Shown here in pieces: positions 43,416 to 50,851 of a stretch of DNA of 58,192 nucleotides (within the stretch, counting starts at the first letter, position 1; every line of letters begins with the position of its first letter). Source of the DNA: an uncultured Bacillales bacterium (lineage in GTDB: Bacteria; Bacillota; Bacilli; Paenibacillales; CAYYCV01); contig CAYYCV010000006.1 of NCBI GenBank assembly GCA_964470405.1, positions 1 to 58,192 of the forward strand, given 5' to 3'. The notes beneath the pieces are model-generated. The model did not search any database. It was not told the DNA's origin and saw only the letters and a list, made by a program, of their open reading frames with translations. Made by a program: the position numbers and the translations under genes.

Positions 43416-43425
43416 TGGTATACCA
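43416..43425. promoter_or_regulatory. Operator-like palindrome TGGTATACCA (site 1)
   Basis: Perfect 10-bp palindrome 9 nt downstream of the -10 of the minus-strand operon promoter. Confidence 0.65.
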
Positions 43426-43434
43426 TTCTCTATT

Positions 43435-43463
43435 ATATTATGTTACGCCTATTCATCTGTCAA
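43435..43463 (-). promoter_or_regulatory. Putative sigma-A promoter of the 14-gene minus-strand operon
   Basis: Read on the minus strand: TTGACA (43458-43463), 17 nt, TAATAT (43435-43440). Confidence 0.65.
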
Positions 43464-43570
43464 GCGCTTTCAGCACATTCGCCCCACTAAAAGTAATCGA
43501 TTTGTCGAAAAATTTTTGTCATGTATCTCCCATCTTTGATTATCAAATTTTTGGATGATTTCATCACATA

Positions 43571-43580
43571 TGGTATACAA
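43571..43580. promoter_or_regulatory. Operator-like half-degenerate site TGGTATACAA (site 2)
   Basis: 1 mismatch to the palindrome, in the divergent intergenic region. Confidence 0.4.
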
Positions 43581-43653
43581 AATAAATAATATCACCTTGA
43601 TTTTTGCGGAAAAAACATGAAATATGGCTTATTTTTCGTTTTAATTAGATATA

Positions 43654-43663
43654 TGGTATGCAA
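43654..43663. promoter_or_regulatory. Operator-like degenerate site TGGTATGCAA (site 3)
   Basis: 2 mismatches to the palindrome. Confidence 0.3.
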
Positions 43664-43770
43664 TTATTCAAATTGTGATGAAGTGACAAAAAGGCCTCCT
43701 TTCATCAAAATAGTAGAAATATTTCTTTAAAATGGATCGAATGTACGAATTAAACTTGTTGCAGAAGCCC

Positions 43771-43799
43771 TTGACAGAAGTTTGGAAGTACCATAAAAT
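43771..43799 (+). promoter_or_regulatory. Putative sigma-A promoter of the binding-protein/MFS transcription unit
   Basis: TTGACA (43771-43776), 17 nt, TAAAAT (43794-43799). Confidence 0.65.
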
Positions 43800-43809
43800 A
43801 ATCATTGTT

Positions 43810-43819
43810 TGGTATACCA
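43810..43819. promoter_or_regulatory. Operator-like palindrome TGGTATACCA (site 4)
   Basis: Perfect palindrome 10 nt downstream of the -10. Confidence 0.65.
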
Positions 43820-43997
43820 TTAGATCAAGCAGGCGAGTCATGAGGAAGGAATATGGCGACGATTTACGCAGTATTCCTATTACAAAAAGCAGGGGGGTAA
43901 GCGTTTTCAAACCAAGTTGATCGAAATCTGACGTTTTCCAATGAAGTATACGACCATTCTATTGCCTATTCTTTTAGGTATAAAGGGGAGTGCAACG

Positions 43998-45155
43998 ATG
44001 AGTTTGTTCAAACGTTCATTGTTTTACATCATGTGTGTGCTGCTGATCGGGACGATGGCGGCTTGTTCCGCCAATAATAACCCCGGCGAATCTGCGGCAA
44101 CGCCGGATACATCTGCTGCGAATACGCCGGCTCCGGCGGAGACACCTGCGGAAAATGCAAAGGATGCCGAGTGGGAACAAGTGCTGGAAGCCGCGAAAAA
44201 AGAAACTTTGAAGGTCATCGTTCAACCGGGCGTCCAGGATACGGCTTTTGTGGAAGACTTTAAGAAAGCTTACCCGGATATCAAAGTGGAATTCGAAGGA
44301 TTGCGCCCGAGCGATGTGGCTCCCAAAATTGTAACGGAACAACAGAACAACAAGTTCTACTGGGATGTGATGGTTGCGGCTACATCGAATATGGTGAGTG
44401 TCTTGGGGCCTGCCAACGCTTTCCAGGATATTCGGCCCTTCCTGCCCGAACAGTCCGATGACGACTGGAATGCGGGATTTGAATTGTATGCCCAGAACGT
44501 GTCGAACCAGCCTTGGACGTTCCTGATTACAACCGATCTGCACGCTACGCTGTATGTCAATCGGGATCAGCTTACCCCGGAACAATTCAGCAGTGTGGAT
44601 GATCTGATGAAGCCGGAATACAAGGGGAAAATCGTTATTCATACGCCTAAAACGCAGTCTACGGGCTCCCTGGCGTTAGCGGGGATTCTCAACATCAAGG
44701 ACGAAGCGTTCATCGAAAAATTGTTGACGGAACAGGAACCGGTGTTTGTGGACGATCAATCGATCGCGGCCAACTGGGTCGTCGACGGCAGATATCCGAT
44801 CGGCATCGGTCTGGATCGGCCCCGCCTTCAGGAATTGCAGAGCGCCGGTCTTGGCAAATCGATTGAACGGTTGGACTTCCCGGGCCAATCCACGCTTTCC
44901 AGAGGGATGAGCGTATTCCGCAACAACCCGAGCCCGAATGCAACCAAAGTATTTGTCGATTGGGTGTTGAGCGATGAGGGGCAAACCTCCTACGCGCTCA
45001 ATCGCCATCAGAACTCCAGGAAGAAAGGCATTGAGCCCGGCGATACGGATCTGCTGATCGATTGGAGCCAATATGACAAGTATTCCTTGCAAGGCACCGA
45101 GAAAGGCTCCGATCAAGTCATGAAAGTCATTGAGATTTATAAAAAGCACTTCTAG
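43998..45155 (+). CDS. ABC transporter substrate-binding lipoprotein (family-1, FbpA/PotD-like)
   Basis: MSLFKRSLFYIMCVLLIGTMAACS is a lipoprotein signal. RBS AAGGGGAG lies 7 nt before the ATG at 43998. This is probably the partner of the ABC genes at 33651-36559. Confidence 0.85.
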   Translation: MSLFKRSLFYIMCVLLIGTMAACSANNNPGESAATPDTSAANTPAPAETPAENAKDAEWEQVLEAAKKETLKVIVQPGVQDTAFVEDFKKAYPDIKVEFEGLRPSDVAPKIVTEQQNNKFYWDVMVAATSNMVSVLGPANAFQDIRPFLPEQSDDDWNAGFELYAQNVSNQPWTFLITTDLHATLYVNRDQLTPEQFSSVDDLMKPEYKGKIVIHTPKTQSTGSLALAGILNIKDEAFIEKLLTEQEPVFVDDQSIAANWVVDGRYPIGIGLDRPRLQELQSAGLGKSIERLDFPGQSTLSRGMSVFRNNPSPNATKVFVDWVLSDEGQTSYALNRHQNSRKKGIEPGDTDLLIDWSQYDKYSLQGTEKGSDQVMKVIEIYKKHF

Positions 45156-45313
45156 TTTCCGATCGCTGTTGTCCGCCGATTTCTCCGATTCACAGTCTGA
45201 TGGGGAAGAAATCGGCGGGCAAAGGCGACTCCTTTCGTTTCTCCCATTATAAAGCCGCCTCGTACAATGAATGTTTTCATTCAGCGCAGTTACGGGCGGC
45301 TTTATTGATATCA

Positions 45314-46513
45314 ATGGATCCAGCCATCGAGGTGAACCTTTTGTCACAAAAAGCCATTGTTTTTTCATATAGCAGCTCGCTTTTTTTTAATATTGCCTCC
45401 TCTGTGTCGATTATACTGATTCCGTTGTATGCTTTGCATCTGGGGTACGATCCTTTGCAGATCGGCACATTGATCTCGTCGGCGGGCATTTTCCATGTGT
45501 TATTGCGAATATTCGGCGGCATGTTGTCCGATTATTTCGAGGAGCGGCCCATTTTGTGGACCAGCTACACGGTCTTTCTGGCGGGTACGCTTATACTGGG
45601 CATGACCGAATCGTTCTGGTCCATTTTTTTTGCCCAGCTCATTATGGGCGCCGCCCGTTCTTTCTATTGGACGGCAAGCCAGTCCTATTCGACGCGCATC
45701 AATGAGCGGCAGGCTTCGGGCATTATCGCCAAATTGACGAGCGTCACCAGCGCCGGCCAGGTGCTCGGGTTTTTCCTGGGCGGTGTGATCGCCGCTTTGC
45801 TGGGATACCAACTCAGCTTTTTCACCTGCGCCGCGATCAGCTTCATTGCCTTGGTGCTGAGCGTGATCATGCCAAAGCTGCCGCGGAAAACCAAGAAGCG
45901 CAAGCCGGCGGACATCTTCAAGCCCATTCCGGCCGTGCTGCGCGTACGCCCGCTATATTTGGCGGGCATGCTGGCGTTTGTGGCCGCGCTGCCCATATCG
46001 CTGGTCAACTCGTTTTACCCTGTATACTTTCAGGAAATCGGCTTCAACGAGACCGTCACTGGCTCGCTCAATTCGCTGCGTCCGGTTGGCGCCATTGTCA
46101 TCGGCATGATTTTCGGGCGGTTTTTCTCCAAGGCCAGCAAGAAAATTTTATTTACTGTCGGGATGTGCGGGACGGGGTTGCTGATTCTCTTTACCCCGTT
46201 GATGGAGGACGCCTGGATTTTGTCGCCGTTGATGCTGTTCATCGGGATCACTGCGGGCGTGTCCCAAATTCTTTACCAAACGATTGTCACGGAGTACAGC
46301 AAGCCCGAGCGGCGCGGAATATCGCTGGCATTGTCCGGCACGGCCTTCTCCTTCTCCATACTGATTGTGCCGCTCCTGTTTGGCTGGCTGGTCAAGATGC
46401 ATGATCTGGCGACGGCGTTTACGGTCATTGGTTCCGCGCTGGTGTTTGTCAGCATGTTTACCCCGTTGTTCTTTCATTATTTGATTGCAAAATACAAGCA
46501 TGTCGAGTCGTAA
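45314..46513 (+). CDS. MFS transporter
   Basis: About 12 TM helices. The internal ATG at 45314 is preferred because the N-terminal extension is not membrane-like. Confidence 0.85.
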   Translation: MDPAIEVNLLSQKAIVFSYSSSLFFNIASSVSIILIPLYALHLGYDPLQIGTLISSAGIFHVLLRIFGGMLSDYFEERPILWTSYTVFLAGTLILGMTESFWSIFFAQLIMGAARSFYWTASQSYSTRINERQASGIIAKLTSVTSAGQVLGFFLGGVIAALLGYQLSFFTCAAISFIALVLSVIMPKLPRKTKKRKPADIFKPIPAVLRVRPLYLAGMLAFVAALPISLVNSFYPVYFQEIGFNETVTGSLNSLRPVGAIVIGMIFGRFFSKASKKILFTVGMCGTGLLILFTPLMEDAWILSPLMLFIGITAGVSQILYQTIVTEYSKPERRGISLALSGTAFSFSILIVPLLFGWLVKMHDLATAFTVIGSALVFVSMFTPLFFHYLIAKYKHVES

Positions 46514-46559
46514 TTCCCCCTTGTCCAAAAACGGAACCGGCTGTTTGTCGCCGCATGTT

Positions 46560-46609
46560 GAAAAAGGAGCCTCCCCAATGCGCCAATGGCTTGGGGAGGC
46601 TCCTTTTTT
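46560..46609. terminator. Bidirectional rho-independent terminator between convergent MFS and dioxygenase genes
   Basis: 13-bp stem GGAGCCTCCCCAA/TTGGGGAGGCTCC flanked by an A-run and a T-run. Confidence 0.85.
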
Positions 46610-46634
46610 CCAAACGGGTTCCTCTGGCGTTGGA

Positions 46635-47660
46635 TTATGACCAGCGGCAGAAGGTCATGCCGATGCCGGTTCCCGCAGCCGTGCGAAAAACGGGGATGTA
46701 TTCGTCCCAGTCCAGGCGCAGATGCTCCACGGCGGCGGCCAGCGCGATCCAGTTGCGTATTTCGCCGCTTCCGGCTTTTAAACGGTGCAACGGCAAATGG
46801 CGCAGATCGAACTCGGAACGGTTGCGAAGCGCGTTCAACACCTTCTGGTCGATGCCCACGTCCGTCACGAAATGGCTTAACCCGCCTGAAGCGACCACCG
46901 CGACCTTCAAAGGATCGGGAATCGACTCGATCGCCACCCGCAGCGCCCGGCCGAAGTCGTAACACCGGGAAGGCGAGATCGCGTTGGGCGGCCAAATATT
47001 CAAATAGACGGGCACCATGGGGATCACGCGATCTTCGTCCATCAGTTTCGTAACCACCATGCCGTAACCGTGCCCGTGCCCGCTGACCGCCGGTTCCTTC
47101 TGCTCCCGCAAAACGCCGACGTCGAAATTTTGCTGGATTAACGATTCCACGATATGCCCCGCCACTTGGCCGGACCCTGGCCAAACGTTGTTTTTATCCA
47201 TTCCTTTCACTTTGCTTGCCTTTTTGAATGCTTCGGAATCGGGATCGAGCAGCGGCTTGCGCTTGATCTTCTCCATGCGCTTTCTTTCATCCGCGCTGAT
47301 CAGCCGATCCCCGCAATATACCGCGATAGCCGGCACATTCGACTCGTCCAGAAATTCGCCCGGGTGATCGTTGCTGATAATCACGGCGACATCCGGAATC
47401 TCTTTCAAAAAGTCGTTCTTCAATCTGGCGAAATTGCGATTCATCGCCTCGTACAACAATTGCAAATTTTCCGGGCTTGCCTGTTCCGCATAGCGTCCTT
47501 CCCGCTGATTTTCCAGGTCGGCGTAAGACATATGCTGTCCGGTTTCGTCGTAAAGGAGCTTGTGATGGAGATCGTTGCCTTGAAATAGCGGCCAATGCTC
47601 TCCTTCCATCGCCATCATTGGACTGTGCGACATACCGATGCCTTGAACGATTTCGGCCAT
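46635..47660 (-). CDS. Class III extradiol ring-cleavage dioxygenase (LigB family), single subunit
   Basis: 341 aa. GIGMSHSPM..., SNDHPGEF and SGHGHGYG match the LigB-superfamily pattern. No LigA-like small subunit lies nearby. Confidence 0.75.
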   Translation of the reverse strand: MAEIVQGIGMSHSPMMAMEGEHWPLFQGNDLHHKLLYDETGQHMSYADLENQREGRYAEQASPENLQLLYEAMNRNFARLKNDFLKEIPDVAVIISNDHPGEFLDESNVPAIAVYCGDRLISADERKRMEKIKRKPLLDPDSEAFKKASKVKGMDKNNVWPGSGQVAGHIVESLIQQNFDVGVLREQKEPAVSGHGHGYGMVVTKLMDEDRVIPMVPVYLNIWPPNAISPSRCYDFGRALRVAIESIPDPLKVAVVASGGLSHFVTDVGIDQKVLNALRNRSEFDLRHLPLHRLKAGSGEIRNWIALAAAVEHLRLDWDEYIPVFRTAAGTGIGMTFCRWS

Positions 47661-47696
47661 TGAAGCCTCTCCTTTTAAAAAATATTGTTGTGAAAA

Positions 47697-48905
47697 TCAT
47701 GCTTGTTTGGCGCGATTGCGATCGGGAATGAAAAATATGATCACATTGCTCACAACCATCACGAAAGCAATAAAATAGAAGGAAGCGTTAAAGCTGAACG
47801 CGTCGGCAAATGCGCCTACGATGGCGGGGCCCATGGAGACCATCAAGGCTTGCGTCGTAAACATGAGGCTGGCTGTCGTTCCGGCCATGTTCTCCGCCGT
47901 GCTTTCCATGGCCCACGCCTGCATGACCGGGCGCATGGCGTACAGGAAAAAGCCGAGCAGCGCAATCACGCTGACCAGGAGCCATTCGATTTGCACGAAG
48001 GTGACGCAAATGACCAGAACCGAGCTGGCGATAAGGCCGGACATCACGACCTTTCTGCGCCCCAATTTGTCGGAAAGGCTGCCGACGAACGGGCCGGCCA
48101 GCAATCCCCCTCCTTGCAAGGCGGAATAATAGAGCGCGACCCAGATCGGCGATAAATCCATCTCGATCGCCAGATACAGAGGCAACAGAACCCGCATTCC
48201 GTTCCCCGCCATCGCGCGGAAGCCGCTGGACAAAGCCAGCAACGTAATAAAGCGGTTTCGAATGAGCCGCTTCAGATCCTTCGTGTAATCCTTCAGGCTC
48301 ATTGGCGCTGCCGCCGGGGCCCCGCTCGTTTTGGTCCGGACATTGATTCCCCGAAGCATGAACAGCACGGCTGCCGTGGCAACCAGGCCGGGAAGGTAGT
48401 TCCAAACGACCGTTTCCCGCCACGTCATGGTCAGCAATAAAACGCCGACGAATGCCGGCGCCAGAAGGTCCCCGACATTTGCCGCCATTCCGTGGAATCC
48501 GAACACAAAGCCCCGCTTGCCCGGGTATCGGGAAGAGAGCGTCGCGAACGAGGCGGGATGCCAAAATTCGTTGCCGCCGCCCATGATGATGAGCAGGACC
48601 GCCAACGCCCAGAAGCTGTCAACGTATCCCATAATAATAAAAGGCAAACTGGACAAAATGACAGAGATCGCCATCAGGATATTTTTGTTCGATGTCATAT
48701 CCGTGAGGGCGCCGATGGGAATCCCGATGATCGATTTGACGATAAACATGATGGTCACGACGAGCCCGGATTGCGTTACCGAGAAACCCAGCTCCAACGT
48801 GATATAAGGAAGCAATATATAAAAACTGGCGATATACCAATGCGTAATCATGTGGCCGATATTAATGGCCCAGAATGCGCTTTCTTTACGCGGATGACTT
48901 TCCAC
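47697..48905 (-). CDS. MFS transporter
   Basis: 402 aa, about 12 TM helices. Confidence 0.85.
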   Translation of the reverse strand: MESHPRKESAFWAINIGHMITHWYIASFYILLPYITLELGFSVTQSGLVVTIMFIVKSIIGIPIGALTDMTSNKNILMAISVILSSLPFIIMGYVDSFWALAVLLIIMGGGNEFWHPASFATLSSRYPGKRGFVFGFHGMAANVGDLLAPAFVGVLLLTMTWRETVVWNYLPGLVATAAVLFMLRGINVRTKTSGAPAAAPMSLKDYTKDLKRLIRNRFITLLALSSGFRAMAGNGMRVLLPLYLAIEMDLSPIWVALYYSALQGGGLLAGPFVGSLSDKLGRRKVVMSGLIASSVLVICVTFVQIEWLLVSVIALLGFFLYAMRPVMQAWAMESTAENMAGTTASLMFTTQALMVSMGPAIVGAFADAFSFNASFYFIAFVMVVSNVIIFFIPDRNRAKQA

Positions 48906-49073
48906 AACAGCTTTTCACCCCATCCCCTTTGCATCTTTTATCGTTGGGGGAGCTTCTCAGGAAGTATGGTGAAAAACAAGCGGCTCCGCGCCCGGGCGCG
49001 GGTTTCCGATCGGGTTGTCCGCCCCGACCTGCGTCTCATGCCCCGCGCGGACGCCGCTTTTGACACCGCGCTT

Positions 49074-49454
49074 CTAGAGCACAGCCACAAATTCAATTTG
49101 AATATGCGTACCTTCACCCAAGTTTTTAATCGTTATGTGTCTGGCCGGCCTGTCGTTCTCATCCGGGAACATCCGAAGCCAGTGTTCGTTCACCAAGCTT
49201 CGGTAAAGATTGTCGCTGAGGTGCACGCTCATGTGGGCGATATGCTCGATTGACCCGCCGGCATTCTCGACCAATGTTTGGATGTGTTGAAACACAAGCC
49301 GCACTTCTTCTTTCACATCGGCCGGCTTTTGGCCCGTATTCGGGTCCTTGCCGCTGAGCGCGGAGGAATACACCATATTGCCGATCTTGACGCCCATCGG
49401 TATCGGTGCTTTGTGCTCTATCCCCGGGATATACAGCCGTTCTCTTAAAGGCAT
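49074..49454 (-). CDS. RidA/YjgF family enamine/imine deaminase-like protein
   Basis: 126 aa with a YjgF/RidA-like sequence. Confidence 0.8.
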   Translation of the reverse strand: MPLRERLYIPGIEHKAPIPMGVKIGNMVYSSALSGKDPNTGQKPADVKEEVRLVFQHIQTLVENAGGSIEHIAHMSVHLSDNLYRSLVNEHWLRMFPDENDRPARHITIKNLGEGTHIQIEFVAVL

Positions 49455-49505
49455 CCTTCTTCACAACCTTGTTCAGTAAAATAAGATCCGTGTCAAACAG
49501 GCGAA

Positions 49506-49515
49506 TGGTATACCA
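49506..49515. promoter_or_regulatory. Operator-like palindrome TGGTATACCA (site 5)
   Basis: Perfect palindrome 10 nt downstream of the -10 of the ridA-MFS-dioxygenase promoter. Confidence 0.65.
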
Positions 49516-49525
49516 ATTGATAAAT

Positions 49526-49554
49526 ATTTTATGCTAAATTTGATATTGTGTCAA
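49526..49554 (-). promoter_or_regulatory. Putative sigma-A promoter of the RidA-MFS-LigB operon
   Basis: Read on the minus strand: TTGACA (49549-49554), 17 nt, TAAAAT (49526-49531). Confidence 0.65.
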
Positions 49555-49649
49555 GTGGCCTTCCGCTATTAGGCGTTGATGAATTGGTTATTTAATGGGA
49601 GGAATGCAGCCTTTTGCTTGATTATCCGATTTTTCATTATTTAAAAAAA

Positions 49650-49677
49650 TTCACAATATGGTATACCATGTTGTGAA
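49650..49677. promoter_or_regulatory. Extended 28-bp near-perfect palindrome centred on TGGTATACCA (site 6)
   Basis: TTCACAATATGGTATACCATGTTGTGAA, with the core at 49659-49668. It lies just upstream of the CoA-transferase remnant. Confidence 0.6.
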
Positions 49678-49943
49678 TGGAGTGTGGGGGTGGTACGGAC
49701 GGAATGAGAATCTCATTGGACGCAAAGCGGGCGGTTACCCAAAAGCAAAAAATTCTTTATATCACGGAGCGCGCTGTCTTTGAATTGCTCGAAGGGGAGT
49801 TGACCTTGATTGAGATTGCGCCGGGTATAGACCTGCAGCGCCACATTTTAGACTTGCTTGACTTTGAAGTGAAGGTTCATCGCGACCTCAAACAGATGGA
49901 TCGGAAACTATTTCTCCCGGAGGCCATGGGGATCGCGTTGTGA
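49677..49943 (+). pseudogene. C-terminal remnant of an acyl-CoA:acetate/3-ketoacid CoA-transferase (YdiF-like)
   Basis: ILYITERAVFELLEGELTLIEIAPGIDLQRHILDLLDFEV...LKQMDRKLF matches only the last about 70 residues of family-I CoA transferases. No upstream coding sequence is present. Confidence 0.7.
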
Positions 49944-49989
49944 GCCGATGTTGTGAACTGATGTTGTGAACTGATGTTGTGAGCCGATA
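49938..49989. repeat. 13-bp G/T-rich tandem repeat x4 overlapping the stop of the CoA-transferase remnant
   Basis: GTTGTGAGCCGAT, GTTGTGAACTGAT, GTTGTGAACTGAT and GTTGTGAGCCGAT. Confidence 0.9.
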
Positions 49990-50103
49990 TATGGCTCTCT
50001 GAAAGCGTGAAAAGGGCTCCGGATCTTTGGCGGCATGGTATCCTGCGAGAACAACGTCGCCGGAGAGGGGAACGCTTTTCGGATGAAGCCCGTCAGCGTT
50101 CTA

Positions 50104-50208
50104 TGCATCTACGCGATCTACCAAGCAGGTAATGTTGAATTTGTTGTGGTCGATATACCGGATTAGTTGCGGTATGCCTGGTTCACGATCTTGCAAAATG
50201 CCAAGCAG
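50104..50208 (-). pseudogene. MarR-family wHTH fragment, paralogous to the intact MarR gene at 51808-52302
   Basis: LLGILQDREPGIPQLIRYIDHNKFNITCLVDRVDA versus LLGILRDREPSMLQLARYLNLDKSSITGLVDRLER. DNA similarity is visible by eye. Both ends of the gene are missing. Confidence 0.65.
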
Positions 50209-50433
50209 GTGTGGATCGAATGAGGATGGAATGAGGATGGAATGAAGTATCGCGCGGGTATGATCCTTTTGAAAGGACTTGGATGGGCGGCGAAAAAGGG
50301 TGCGGGGGCCGGGCACAGGCGAAAGAAGCGGCAGATGGGAAAGAAGTGGCAGGAGCCGCCTGTTTTTTACCGCAGTTTGAAGCTTCCGCCCCCTTTTGCC
50401 GACTGCCAGCGGCGGGGAAACGGGTGGGCGGCT

Positions 50434-50624
50434 GAAATACCTGCAAAAGTGCAGCTTTTCGCAGGATTCAACGGGTGTTTTGAGAAAATTCCTGCTTTTA
50501 TGCAGTTATTTCAAGGCAGCCCGCTTCATTCCGGCGTGAACGCCCAAAATACCTGTATTTTTGCAGGAATTTGATCCTCTGGGCATCCGATGAGCGCACA
50601 TAGATGTACTTTTGCAGGTATTTT
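50434..50624. repeat. Composite four-hairpin palindromic element, copy B (191 bp)
   Basis: Modules at 50434-50469, 50486-50511, 50546-50572 and 50600-50624, with the same about 50/60/54-bp spacing as copies A and C. Confidence 0.85.
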
Positions 50625-50652
50625 AGTCCAAAGGGTCCGACCGCCCTCCGAA

Positions 50653-50737
50653 TGTGAAAAACAGGATGCGCGAAAAAACAGAATGTGTGAAAAAACCAGG
50701 GTGCGTGAGAAAAACAGGAGGTATGAAAAAACGGGAC
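50653..50737. repeat. Degenerate 16-19 bp periodic repeat with G(T/C)GAAAAAACAGG core, about 5 copies
   Basis: GTGAAAAACAGGA, GCGAAAAAACAGAA, GTGAAAAAACCAGG, GAGAAAAACAGGAG and ATGAAAAAACGGGA. Confidence 0.7.
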
Positions 50738-50851
50738 GGTGACGGGCGTTATAAACAGACCGTTGACCAATTCCGCGGCAAGTGTTCCCTCTCACGTGTG
50801 TCTCCTTTACAAGTGTTCTCTCACAAGAGTTCCCCTTGCAAGTGCTCTCCC

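Noticed and set aside
43668-43920. 80-aa (minus) and 62-aa (plus) ORFs in the AT-rich divergent control region
   Set aside because: They overlap each other and the predicted promoters and operators, lack RBSs, and have an AT-rich-derived K/I/F/Y-rich composition.
50242-50574. ORFs translating through the hairpin elements (50242-50574, 54334-54825, and the distal part of 54251-54763), giving recurring peptides such as IPAKVQVF and NTCIFAGI
   Set aside because: The peptide similarity simply reflects translation of the DNA repeat in either orientation. There are no RBSs and no coherent domains.
29005-50851. The island as a prophage, ICE or transposon
   Set aside because: No integrase, recombinase, transposase, conjugation or phage structural genes are present, and no flanking direct repeats of the attL/attR type were seen. 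The only tRNA gene is 8.6 kb away from the left boundary. The hairpin elements at both ends are noted separately, but they do not by themselves show mobility of the island.
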